DNA of 63,595 bases, filler included, from Octopus bimaculoides (Eukaryota): NCBI RefSeq assembly GCF_001194135.2. It is 5 parts of 4 records of this genome, joined end to end, with 100 filler letters (N's around TTAATTAATTAA, not from the genome) between each part and the next. Parts side by side here need not be neighbours in the genome. Positions count along the whole stretch, not along the records: positions 14,255 to 29,499 come from NC_068986.1; 4 more parts are not named here. The stretch is one strand, 5' to 3'. The notes beneath the pieces are model-generated. The model was not told where the DNA came from and made no database searches. It worked only from the letters and a program-made list of their open reading frames with translations. Position 1 is the stretch's first letter, and each line of letters opens with the position of its first letter. The translations under genes were made by a program, and so were the position numbers. This document shows, piece after piece, positions 14,155 to 26,696 of this stretch.

Positions 14155-14254
14155 NNNNNNNNNNNNNNNNNNNNNNNNNNNNNNNNNNNNNNNNNNNNTT
14201 AATTAATTAANNNNNNNNNNNNNNNNNNNNNNNNNNNNNNNNNNNNNNNNNNNN
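14155..14254. other. Assembly gap placeholder N44-TTAATTAATTAA-N44
   Basis: Identical 100-bp structure recurs at 29500, 31889 and 62221; not biological sequence. Confidence 0.9.
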
Positions 14255-14273
14255 TATATATATATATATATAT

Positions 14274-14623
14274 ATGGCTGTGTGGTTAAGATGCTTGTTT
14301 TGCAATTATGTGTTTGGGGTTTAGTTCCATTGCACAGCACCTTGGGTCTATAGTCTTCTACTATTGCTCGGAATGGCCAATGCCTTTTGAATGAATTTGG
14401 AAGAGGGAAACTGTGTGGAAAACTGTCAAATATATATATGTGAGAGTGTGTGTGCGTTCTCCCCGTATCACTTGACAACCAATTTTGGTTTGTTTCCGTT
14501 TTTGTAACTGAGCGGTTCGGCAAAAGAGAAGAACGATAGAATAAGTAGCTGACTCAAAAAAAAAAGCACTGGAGTCCTCTAAGCTTTTAAGGCGGTGCCC
14601 CAGCATGACCGCAGACAATGACC
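14274..14623 (+). mobile_element. SINE family A, near full length
   Basis: Head atggctgtgtggttaagatgcttg...; tail aaggcggtgccccagcatgaccgcag. Confidence 0.85.
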
Positions 14624-14914
14624 ATCAGTTGTCATCCAAAAATCATAACAATTTCGTGCCTTTTACGATAAGATTGTTCATTTTGGTGGCGTCATCAGCA
14701 AAAAAGCTGCTGGAATTAAGTGAGCGAACACAAAGGATGCTGACAGAAACAAATAAATGATAAACGATGACAAAATAAGACAAGTCATAATGGAAAACGA
14801 CACAGATAGTNNNNNNNNNNNNNNNNNNNNNNNNNNNNNNNNNNNNNNNNNNNNNNNNNNNNNNNNNNNNNNNNNNNNNNNNNNNNNNNNNNNNNNATAG
14901 ACCCCAGACCTCAG

Positions 14915-15260
14915 TACCTATAATTTTGTTTTTGAAGCCTGGTACTTATTCTATCGATCTCTTTGCCGAACCACTAAGTTACAGGGATGTAAACACCAAA
15001 ACCGGTTTTCAAGCGGTGATGGAGGGGGGGGGCAGATACAGACACAAACACACACATACACACACACACACATTATATATATATATATATATATATATAC
15101 GACAGGTTTCTTTTTCTATCTACCAAATTCACTCACAAGGCTTTGGTTGGCCTGAGGCTGTAATAGAAGACACTTGCCCAAGGTGCCATGCAATGGGACC
15201 GAACCAGAAACCATGTAGTTGGGAAGCAAGCTTCTTATCACACAACCATGTCTGCGCCAT
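14915..15260 (-). mobile_element. SINE family A with internal (CA)n/(TA)n
   Basis: gcctggtacttattctatcg...ccaaggtgccatgcaatgggaccgaacc...gggaagcaagcttctt. Confidence 0.85.
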
Positions 15261-15349
15261 ATGTGAGTTCAGTTGTATATTGTTGGTTAGCGCTAAGTCA
15301 GCTTTGACCATTCATTGATCCATCGATTTATCCATCGATCCATCTTTCT

Positions 15350-15780
15350 TCTCCACCTTCTATTCCTGGGAGGGTCTTGTTGGTAGAGTTCTGAGACACC
15401 TCCTCCATAGGGTCCTGTCAGAAGCAACTGTCATTAGAATTTCTGGCTGGATTCCCAAGCGTGACCAACTGAGACTATGGACATTATCCAATCATTTCCT
15501 TCTTAGTCTCCTGACGGTTGGCTCGGTTTGAAGAATCAGTTTTTCGATTCTTTCCTGCAACGTTCTAATCACCTGTCCGTAATACCGAAGCTGTGACTTC
15601 TCAATGTGAAGTAGCTGCTCGACCAGGAGAGACTCTCTGATCTCCGAGCTATACATCCTGTCAGGTAACGTTACTTCAGAGATCTTGAGCAGATATATGA
15701 TCAAAGGTGCTCCAGCCATGACCCTCTCGCCTTCTCTCGTTCATTACATATCGAGGCTAACATTGTGTTCACCCTTTTCA
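15350..15780 (-). mobile_element. RTE-clade LINE, 3' end of ORF2, decayed
   Basis: ORF 15492-15719 reads KISEVTLPDRMYSSEIRESLLVEQLLHIEKSQLRYYGQVIRTLQER, matching the RTE C-terminal pattern DR.RS..IRE.L.V......E..QLRW.GHV.RM. It continues after a stop as SWSRLGIQPE...SDRTLWR. Confidence 0.85.
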
Positions 15781-16057
15781 AAACGGTAGGAGATTTAGAT
15801 ACTAGTTCTAATGCTAGTTTAAATATAGGCAGTAGCTCCCCTTAGGGGCGTTCTGAGCTCGGGGGTGTGGAGGAGGAGACACTATGGTGCATGTTGGATG
15901 CTAAGAAGGGTCCTGATTTTTCTTCGAAATAAAATATTTGAACAAGGTAACATTCGAAAAGCATTAAACAAGTCTTTGTTTTGGATTAAGTTAGGAACTG
16001 AACATTGTGGTCAGAAATGTGGCTGATGATGCATCTTGGTTCATTATAATTTTGTTA

Positions 16058-16175
16058 TACGAGGGGTGCTGAAAAGTTCCTGGCTTTGGATAAAAGAAAA
16101 TACAGGAGGATCAGTTAATTATGATTTTATTGAACATATTCCCATCTCAGATTCACATACTTATTGCAGCAGATC
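16058..16175 (+). mobile_element. Tc1/mariner-type terminus (MITE remnant)
   Basis: Begins TA-cgaggggtgctgaaaagttcc, a typical mariner TIR start; no partner end recognised. Confidence 0.6.
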
Positions 16176-18839
16176 TGATTGTAAAAGAAAATATGGATAA
16201 TAAACCACTGCACAAAATTAACTTCTGTTCGGTTAAAATAATTTGTTTTTCTCTGCAAAACATGGAGTGCTTTATGAAATGTTATTTGGTGAAGTGGGGT
16301 GCTGAGCTATAAAAGGTTGAGAATCACTGAGACATAGTAATATATTTCTAACTGAATGTTAGTTTCCTTTAGGAAGGCTTAAGGATATATATTTTAGGAA
16401 AGTGGAAATAGGATATAGTGAGCATCATTTAAATGTGTATATTTATTGACCGGGCAATAATTTTTCTGGTAAAGGCATAATTCTAGTTGATCAAATAGCG
16501 CAGTATGTAGTGAATATCAGAGGTATTAGTAGAATAAATGAATTAAGCAGGCTTCAACAGGGAATAAAAAACGAGTCACGCTCATGGTTCAGCTTCACTT
16601 TTGTTCTATGCACTAACGTGTGCTAAAGTTGGGCAAAGGTTAAATAAGACTTAGAATATGTATATGTATTGATTGGACGACCACTTTCTGGGAAAGCATA
16701 GTGTTAGTTGATCAAACAGTGCAGGATTTAATATGTCTTCCTTTCCTTATTTCTAATGTTCTAAAGTAAGTCTTTAAATATTTAAGTATTTTCAAGTATA
16801 TCTCATTTAAAGTTTACCATGATATAATTAACAGATGCCAAATCCACGCTGCTAAAAAGTTGTAAGATGTCTGCAGTCTCTTGTTTCTTGTCTCTTTCAG
16901 TAAAATATTTTATGATCAAGGCTATGTGTAAGTGACGGAGTGTAAAGTGACTGACTAGCAGAGCTGCAACCGTTTGAATTTGGTGAAAGCATAAACGTTC
17001 TTTTAACGATTGGTATGGAAGATTGGATGTTGCTGTTAAATTATATTTTTCGGATTGTTGCCTTAAGGCATGAACAGTTTTCCAGTGGTCTGACGGGTCT
17101 AGGGATCCAGTGTTAATCAATATATACTGTGGTTGTATATATAGATGTAACTGTATATTACTTTGTCAAAGAGCCTACAATGCTGCTTACTCAGGGGCCT
17201 ATAATGTCCCCATTCAGCTCTGCTTCCAATAGATCAAAAGCATGGACATAGACCAGCGAATAAAAGATTCAAATGGAATATCAAACAGTAGTTACCTTAT
17301 GAGACAGATAGTGTTTAAAAATCTCTAACTTTAAATTTGTTGTCCTCACGTCTATTCAGAGACACCAGTCGGTTACAGAGAGCATGGTTATTGTTTTTTA
17401 ACCCTAGGTCAGCTCTAAACGAGACGGCATAAGATCAAATGCATTCCATATGTGACTATCGCGTCTTTTAAGACAGGGTATCCAATGTGGCCTTTTAAAC
17501 AAAAACACAATCGGGTGTTATTAGTATTTCATCGAGTGTTGGCTGTTATTTCTAGTTGGTTGAGCAATAGTCTACACAGTAGTTATCTGCGAAAATAATT
17601 GCTGTGTAGAAAGAAAGACGTTGAAATAAGCTGTTAAGGCATGTCGCCTTCTAGTTAGGGTGTTCAGCAAACGATAACAACAACGTAGATACAACCATTG
17701 GACCAGATAGCGCGTTTACCTTAAGTTAGGAACTTCAAATCATATTGTTCCAGTCTACTCTGCTGTAAATAAGTACTAGCCAGTTGCTGGTGCATTTCTC
17801 TCAACCTTCAGCAGTCGCATCCTAGATGTCACTTACATATATACATGTATTTTAGTTTGAAATAAAAACTTATAGATAAGCTTTGTATAATATGTTGTTT
17901 TAGGGAGATTTGTTTCAAAGTCTATTGCATGTCACCTTAAAACCCCACAATATGCTGCTGCTGACGTGTCAGAAATTCTCTATCGCTGATCTAGTATGAA
18001 AAATAGCCAGTTATTTTCTCAAATACCGTAATTATGATTGATACTGAGGGCGATAATCAATTGAAAGTTGTACAAAATACCGTTCAGTTTTTGTTCCGGC
18101 CCTTTACGTTCTGAAGTAAAATCACCTCGAGATCAGTTTTGTTTTTCATCATTCTGAGGTCGATAAAATATAGTCAGTCAAGTACTGGAGTCAGTTTAAT
18201 CGACTAACCCTTCCCTTCAAAATTCTGTCTATGAAACCATTATTATGAAGAGTAAATTCAAATACGAAATAGAAGCAGCATTAGTGTAATAAACATTATC
18301 AATCACACATACTTAACGTATATCCACTGTGTATTTACCGGAAGGCTGCGATTAGCGTGGTGGAGATTACTCTCTCAAAGCGCCGGGTGTTAAAACACTT
18401 GAAAGTCATGGACAGGTGAAACAACTTACTCCAGATCCTATTCAGGAGTGATGGACATCGATGTGTCGCCGTTTTTGTGGCTTGTCATCATGATGAAGAA
18501 TATGAAGAGTATNNNNNNNNNNNNNNNNNNNNNNNNNNNNNNNNNNNNNNNNNNNNNNNNNNNNNNNNNNNNNNNNNNNNNNNNNNNNNNNNNNNNNNNN
18601 NNNNNNNNNNNNNNNNNNNNNNNNNNNNNNNNNNNNNNNNNNNNNNNNNNNNNNNNNNNNNNNNNNNNNNNNNNNNNNNNNNNNNNNNNNNNNNNNNNNN
18701 NNNNNNNNNNNNNNNNNNNNNNNNNNNNNNNNNNNNNNNNNNNNNNNNNNNNNNNNNNNNNNNNNNNNNNNNNNNNNNNNNNNNNNNNNNNNNNGCAAAC
18801 TGAAAAAAGCTCGTCGTGGATATATATATATATATATAT

Positions 18840-19075
18840 GCATGTATGTATATCTTTGTGTACGCGTTTGTATCTCACCACTGCTTGACAACCGGTGTTG
18901 GTGTGTTTACGTCCCTGTAACTTAGCAGTTCGGCCAAAAGGACCAATAGAATAAGTACCAGGCTTTACAAAAAATAAGTACTGGGGTCAATAATTTCCGA
19001 TTAGAAATTTTCAAGGCGGTGCCTCAGCATGGCTGCAATCTAATGACTCAAACAAGTGAAAAAATAAAAGAGAGT
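18840..19075 (+). mobile_element. SINE family A, 3' half
   Basis: gacaaccggtgttggtgtgtttacgtccctgtaacttagcagttcgg...aaggcggtgcctcagcatggctgc. Confidence 0.85.
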
Positions 19076-20308
19076 AGATAATGAAAGTTGACTCAATGCT
19101 GTAGTCAGACATGTTGAGAATGTGGCTCTCTCAACAGAGATTGCTGATTGGCCCTAAGTGCTGACATAGACGAAATGATTCATTAAGAATACCAATTAGC
19201 TGTGTGTAGTAGCAGTAGTCCCTTTTCTTCTTTTCTTTTTCTCTATCTAGCTTGCTGTCTCTTTCGCTTTCTATATATGTGTTGCCCTTTTCCTTGAATG
19301 GAATACAATTTTTCATGCTTGCCCCTTCTTTCCCATAATGATTCTGTCTGTCAGCGACCCTCGCTCTTGCGTAACGTGTTTTTTCAAACATTTTATCCTT
19401 TTACACGATCATCGCAACTGCTTACAAATTTTGATATAATTCACCAACACAGTTTAATCCTCCTTCTCATTCTTTCGCCCTATTTTCATGAAATCTATAT
19501 GGAAAACTCCGAGCAACGAAGAATATATTTAAGAATAATGGTTATAGTGCAGTTCTTACTTTTTTTAAATGTGTTTTCAAAAGAAGGAAAAAAAATAATT
19601 CAGCACATTAAAGATTTGAAAGTGAGTAGAATCAAGATTAAAGACAGAGTATTCAAAATAAAAACAAAGAACATAGTAAATTTATATCTGCTTAAAAAAA
19701 ATCGGAATTTACTGAACCTGGCGAAATCGNNNNNNNNNNNNNNNNNNNNNNNNNNNNNNNNNNNNNNNNNNNNNNNNNNNNNNNNNNNNNNNNNNNNNNN
19801 NNNNNNNNNNNNNNNNNNNNNNNNNNNNNNNNNNNNNNNNNNNNNNNNNNNNNNNNNNNNNNNNNNNNNNNNNNNNNNNNNNNNNNNNNNNNNNNNNNNN
19901 NNNNNNNNNNNNNNNNNNNNNNNNNNNNNNNNNNNNNNNNNNNNNNNNNNNNNNNNNNNNNNNNNNNNNNNNNNNNNNNNNNNNNNNNNNNNNNNNNNNN
20001 NNNNNNNNNNNNNNNNNNNNNNNNNNNNNNNNNNNNNNNNNNNNNNNNNNNNNNNNNNNNNNNNNNNNNNNNNNNNNNNNNNNNNNNNNNNNNNNNNNNN
20101 NNNNNNNNNNNNNNNNNNNNNNNNNNNNNNNNNNNNNNNNNNNNNNNNNNNNNNNNNNNNNNNNNNNNNNNNNNNNNNNNNNNNNNNNNNNNNNNNNNNN
20201 NNNNNNNNNNNNNNNNNNNNNNNNNNNNNNNNNNNNNNNNNNNNNNNNNNNNNNNNNNNNNNNNNNNNNNNNNNNNNNNNNNNNNNNNNNNNNNNNNNNN
20301 NNNNNNNN

Positions 20309-20343
<35 letters not shown>

Positions 20344-21429
20344 GCACGCACGCACGCACGCACACATGCACACATACAGACACGCTTTCATATTCGCGAG
20401 AAAACAGACATTTAAAGTGTTCAACTACTGAACAAGTGTTATGTCTCTCGGAGAAAGTAATTTTAGTCGGCTTAAATTTGGAAATGCTGTAGTGGATTGA
20501 TTTGGATTACTTTCAGATGCAACTGACTGATTCGCATGCAGCTCAATTTGGGGTAATAGTTTTAAGATTTGAGAACTAAATAAGAGCCCATTGAAATTAG
20601 TGAATGACAGGAATAATGCAGAAAATGTAGAAAACGAAGTTCTGGAAGTCTGGAATTTCATCTCTGAAACCTTAAGCTGTCTAAAAGCAAAAGTCACGTT
20701 AGTAATATTGGTTTCAAGGTCAGCAAGTTCGGGAAGGGGATAAGTCGATCACATCGACCCCAGCTCGCCGCCTTATGCTGCATTAGTAATATTATAATTA
20801 TTTTCCTCAAGATACTTGTGTGAATCATTGCTGTCAAATCTAATTATGGGAGTAACGTCACAGAGGAAACCAGGGTTTTGCATACGTTGCTTTCAAGACC
20901 CTGATATAATGCACCTGCCCTCGGTGGCGCAACAACATTTTACTGAGAGTAAAATGGATTGATTGATTAACCGATTCATTAATCAAATAATCGACTAGTT
21001 AATTGGTTAAATAGCCAACCATTTGACGACTAATAAAGAAGTGAAATTGAACCAGAGCGTATGTTTATTACTGCTATAATGACTCTCTCTCGATACAACA
21101 AAATCCCTGTTTTTGATTTCTTATCATTCAGATACAATATAATTTATCAATAATGTCTTATTCTTCTATTGTCCTTATGTTTATGTTGTTTATTAAGTAC
21201 GTTATTATAAGTTGTTATTTGTAAACTGTTTTTTTTAAACAATTGATATTAATTATTGTTTTAGCATATTATCTAAAATTTATTTCAATTTAAGTCTCAA
21301 GACTCCTTTTTCCTACCTCCGTCCATTAACCTTATCATTTACTCATTAATTTTATTTTTGAAGCATGAAATTCCAGTAACTGTCACATTCAAACAATTCA
21401 GAGGTTATGGATTGTTTATCTTTAATTTT

Positions 21430-21808
21430 TTTTACTTGTTTCAGTCATTAGATTGCGGCCATGCTGGGGCACCACCTTGAAGCATTTTTAGTCGAATGAA
21501 TCAACACCAGTACTTGTTTTTTGTAAAGCCTGGTATATATTCTATCGGTCTCTTTTGCCGAAGAACTAAGTTACGGGGGACATAAACACACTAACACCAG
21601 TTGTCAGGTGGAGGTGGAGGACAAACACAGATGCGAAGACACACACACACGACAGACTTCTTTCAGTTTCCGTCTACCAAATCCACTCACAAGGCTTTAT
21701 TCGGTCCAAGGCTATAGTAGAAGACACTTGCCCAAGGTACCACGCAGTGGGACTGAATCCGGAACCATGTGGTTGGGAAGCAAGCTTCTTACCATACAGC
21801 CATGTCTG
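21430..21808 (-). mobile_element. SINE family A, full length (tRNA-like head, CORE-like ACCTTGGGCAAGTG segment)
   Basis: Complete collinear copy used as the reference for the family; tRNA-like box B equivalent at gggactgaatcc. Confidence 0.9.
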
Positions 21809-22351
21809 CTCCTAAACAAATCTCTTTAATAATGATTTCAATTATTTCATTTGCTGTCTCAAAATAATTCATGATATACAAAACTAAAAAAAAAAAAAAT
21901 GATTATCTGCTGCTCAAAAGTTCCCCCAGTTATGTGAGGGAATTTGTTCTTCCTGTAGATACTCACCAATGCTCATCATCATCGTAATCAATAACAGCAA
22001 CAAAAACATTAACACCATTATTTTTAATGTCAATTAATACCGACAATGTTATCGTTGTTAGAAATAAGTCAATGCACATACACAGCAGAAAAGAATACTC
22101 AAGAGTTCTAGACCTTTAAACAACAGTTTATTATTCTCTGGTAAAATGGTTCAAACGAGAACCACGAACTTTATCTTTCGAAAGTTTCCATTGTTTTTCT
22201 TTTTTCTCCGCAAAAATCGCGGTCTAATGGTGAGGTTAGTGAGAATTTACGATTATCCGTCGGTGACGGAGCACGACCAGACTCACCCCTTCTGAAAGTT
22301 CGAGTCAAGCCAGACTTATACATGACTTTTGTCCAAATGGAGAGACATAAT

Positions 22352-22386
<35 letters not shown>

Positions 22387-23344
22387 TCAGAAAATGTTTT
22401 GTGTAAGTTTCATCTTTTCAACACATACGCACACACACACTTTCACTTCTGTATCGAATCTGAGGATAAGCATCAAATGTGGCACAATTTAGAAAAATAT
22501 CAGAAAAGCGTCTCTCTACTTGTTTTCATCTATACATATTTCAATATCTTTTAATACCATGTCGTTTTCAGGTGCCTGGTTATATTGTCCAATATATCAT
22601 ATTCATAGATGTTTTCACAACTTCATTTATTCGTTTGTTCTAAATTTCTCCTCGCGTAAATACTTAGAAAAATTTTCATGACAAATTCATAAATTTTGTA
22701 CTACTTCATGTCTAGGCCGGTTGTCGAATTGTATTTTCATAAATTCATAAACTTTCATAAATTACCATAAAACTTATTTTCAATTTCTAGAAGTGTTGAT
22801 AAATCTATTTCATCACCAATTAACTTTTGATCACCTTTTGTTATTCCTAGATGCTTCGATAATCAATGTTTTTATAGATATTTTTCATGAATTTCCTTCT
22901 CTACATTGTTTTAATATATTTGTTATTTGGTTTTCAAAAATAATTTTCCCGTAGAAATATTTACATCTAAAGGAAAGAGTTCACGTTTTTAAAGAAAACT
23001 CATAAATTTGGATAATTTTGAATGTTTTAAGATTTACTGATTATTCCATATTGATTTTAAGCGTGTTTTTAACACGTGCACAACCGATTTATAATAATTT
23101 TTTTTTTTACAAATTTTACATCTTAAGAGAAAATAAACTTTTCAATAAATAATTTTTACATGGATTTTCCCCTCCCTTCTTATATTACTAGAAAATGTCA
23201 TTAGTAATTGAAAGAATGTTATCCTACTTAGACGGATAGGAGACGTGGAATGTCATTTTATCGGTAGTTCCAAAAAATTGTTAGTCCAAGTATGTTGGTT
23301 TCAAATTTTGGCACAAGGCCAGCAGTTTTTTTTTGGGGGGGGGA

Positions 23345-23520
23345 GGCTAAGTCGATTACATCGACCCCAGTGTTCAACTGGTTCTTATTTTATCGACCCC
23401 GAAAGGATAAAAGGCAAAGTCGACCTCGGCGGAATTTGAACTTAGAATGTAAAGACTGACGAAATGCCGAAAAGCATTTTGAACGGAGTTCTAACGATTC
23501 TGCCAGTTCACCGCCTTATG
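23345..23520 (+). mobile_element. SINE family B
   Basis: gtcgattacatcgaccccag...atcgaccccgaaaggataaaaggcaaagtcgacctcggcggaatttgaac. Confidence 0.85.
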
Positions 23521-24254
23521 TTAGTTCAGGGTATTAAAATTAAAATAGATTATTATTATNNNNNNNNNNNNNNNNNNNNNNNNNNNNNNNNNNNNNNNNN
23601 NNNNNNNNNNNNNNNNNNNNNNNNNNNNNNNNNNNNNNNNNNNNNNNNNNNNNNNNNNNNNNNNNNNNNNNNNNNNNNNNNNNNNNNNNNNNNNNNNNNN
23701 NNNNNNNNNNNNNNNNNNNNNNNNNNNNNNNNNNNNNNNNNNNNNNNNNNNNNNNNNNNNNNNNNNNNNNNNNNNNNNNNNNNNNNNNNNNNNNNNNNNN
23801 NNNNNNNNNNNNNNNNNNNNNNNNNNNNNNNNNNNNNNNNNNNNNNNNNNNNNNNNNNNNNNNNNNNNNNATATATATATATATATATATATATATATAC
23901 GTACACAAACACACAGACACATTGTTTTCCGATAGAATGGTTATATCAACGTCATTTTTTATCTGTCATTTATTATTATCTTGATGAAGCAAATTCACTT
24001 TTATAGTTTTCTACCAGAAATTCAGTTAACATTTTTTTTTACCTACAGAAAAACTTGTTTATTTGTTTAGTTGAGGTGAATGAAAGTGGAATGCGTTTAC
24101 ATCATTTTTTTTTCTTAAATTCATTCGACAATAATGTTTCAGTATGATAAATAGAGTTTATGATATACTACCGTTTGAATATTCTCCAAATTTGTTTTTA
24201 CTTTATTAACATCATTATTTACACACCACAAAACATCATCATACGAAGACTGCT

Positions 24255-24852
24255 TCACTGATAGGCGTCGCCGTTTTTATCTTCCCAGTCGCTGCCATAT
24301 TTTTTTGCTGGATTGTTTTTAATAACACTTCCGTTGCTTGTTCTTACTGATCGTTTAAGATTGGCGCTTTCTCTTATATCAATTGTCATTGTCTTTTGAC
24401 TCCAACGATTAGCTAGTGGTCCGCCATACATCCCGTTTGAAGAACTATCAACAGATTTGCGTGGTCCTTTCTTCTTCTTCAGGGTTCCCATCTTTATGAG
24501 CTGGATCCATGCCATTTTTGCCTCAGGATTTAAAAGGCACCGGAACACGAAGATGAAGAATCCTTGTAGAGAATTCAAGATGCAAAACAAATAGTTGAAG
24601 ACAAGTTTAATTTCATTTATAGCCAGAGGACCGAAGAGCCAGGTTACTCCCAGAAGAACCATTACAGTGAAGCATCCACGGACTTGAACCATTGTTACTG
24701 GAGAATTACATTGATTCTTATTTTTGAATTTAGGCTTCATTATAACTTTAGTAACCATTGCAAAAACCAACGAGTTGATCGACAGTATAATACATGCAGG
24801 TGCCAGAAGAGCTGCGTAGAATGCCGTTCTGTTGCCATGCGAGAGGAAACAA
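24255..24852 (-). CDS. Adhesion GPCR (class B2, ADGRG/GPR126-like), terminal exon: ECL2 Cys, TM5-TM7, cytoplasmic tail, stop
   Basis: Acceptor tctttctatttctttgcag|T, phase 2. Translation CFLSHGNRTAFYAALLAPACIILSINSLVF...VRGCFTVMVLLGVTWLFGPLAINEIKLVFNYLFCILNSLQGFFIFVFRC contains the LLGxTW and NSLQGFFIF signatures of the secretin/adhesion 7TM family. AATAAA on the minus strand at about 24202-24207. Confidence 0.95.
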
Positions 24853-26661
24853 CTGCAAAGAAATAGAAAGAGATGAGTAAATGTGTTGTACAGACGAAAG
24901 CCAATGTGTTTGTTAGTCATTCAGGAGAATACCACAAAAAAAATCAAGTACTAGGACATTACAATTAAACACAATACGGAGAGTCTTACAATACAGCATG
25001 AAGTGCTCCGTGAGAGAACGTATTTTGAACTAAGAGTGATCGGCCTTTTTTCAACTTGTAATGAACTTTTGCTTTGCCTGAAGTTTGGCAAATAGAAATT
25101 GTCTTATGCAGCTTGATCTGTTTAGCACTTCACGTGACTTTTAGACTTTATTTTCGCAGTGAAAATCATACATAAAAATCAGTTCACGCGGCCTACCAAA
25201 TTCTACTTATCATGTGACTGTTTAACGTCATTTTTAACCAATCAATAATCAACTACTTCTTGCGCAATTTATTTTTGGCGCATCTATTCCCTCAGAAAGC
25301 AGCTCTTGCCAGGAGCTGATCTGATGTATTATAAAGATACGAGAGTATTTTACTACTAGACACTGTCATAAACAAACACTTTTACAAAATATGCTATCGC
25401 AACTTCTGCATGTTTGCTTATTAAAAATTTCTTGTTCTTGAACTTTCCTTCAGTTTGTTTCATGGAACATTTTCTTTTAATGCATTTTTGGTTCTACAAA
25501 CCGAACGTTATGAATATATGGTTTGTTGAATTCTCTTGTTTAGATGTTTTAAAATTTTTCACTGTTTTGCATCTCCTTGTATTCACATTCTTGTTTGCTG
25601 TTCATTACCAAACACTTTGCTGACTACATCCTTCGTTGTGCTGTACGTTTATTTTGGCATGCTGTTCCTTCTTTTAACATGCGCACATTTTTTTAGCAAG
25701 TTTAATTGTTCATAGGAAACGTTTATAACAATAAACGATTCCCTTGGAACTGTGTTGGAATTGTATTCATATGAAATGTAAAACTATTCCATATTTAACT
25801 ATTTCTATATTGGAGTAAGTTTTATATAAGACAAGGGAGAATAAAACTACAATCAGTGAATGTCGTCATTCGAGCATGTGCATTTCGACATTTGGTGAAT
25901 CGATTTTAAAGACGCGAACGTTGTTTTGAACGTGCAAACCCTATGCAAACACATTCATTTAAAATAAAGTTCATGGTCCCAATTATTCGAACGACTGAAA
26001 TATGAAAGCAGCGTGACAATATATGAGAAAACATATTCCCCAACACATTGAAATATGATTAATCGACATCAAATACTTAACACTATCCACTGTGTGGCCA
26101 TTCATACTCCACAAGATTAGTAGTCCATTACAGCGGTAAAGACCTGTCTCTGCGGGACGGAATCTCTCTCAGAATAAGTTTGAAATGGACTATTAATTCA
26201 CAAAACGCAGCTCCATCTTAGAATCCCATGACTGCAACAAAATGATGGCCACCACATTTAACCCCAAAAGAATAACCGTAAAGCAGTAAATGTTGCCTGT
26301 GCACTAATATTAATATTCAAATCACAGAATTTGAAGAAATGATGAAAGTCAAAGTTAACGTCCAGCAGAATCTGTAATCAGAGCGTAAATGATGTAACTA
26401 AATAAAGCAAAGCATTTTTGGCCGGCATTCTATCGATATTGTCATTTAAAGCTGCAGTAAATATCACACACTTTTTGTGGAGGAAACAATCGATTAAATC
26501 GGTCTCCAGTATTTGGCTAATAAATATTTTATCACCACAAAAAAGGCGAGAAAGTATAATGTGATTCACAATGTAGCTAAATAGCGCAAACATTTTCTCT
26601 TATGTTCTAACTCTTCTGCTAATCTACTGGTGTTTAGTGCAATGATGATGATGCTGAGAAC

Positions 26662-26696
<35 letters not shown>

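Noticed and set aside
14199-14210. Recurrent TTAATTAATTAA between N runs (four times), superficially like a repeat/spacer system or piggyBac TTAA sites
   Set aside because: Always centred in exactly 44 N on each side, so it is a scaffolding placeholder, not biology.
24684-24866. Plus-strand 60-aa ORF, and 29092-29310 likewise
   Set aside because: Antisense shadows of the GPCR exons.
26077-26310. Candidate phase 1-to-2 exons for the missing GPCR TM4
   Set aside because: One (GLYRCNGLLILWS...) has a purine-rich acceptor and no TM4 character; the other (GNIYCFTVILLG...) reaches a stop with no donor.
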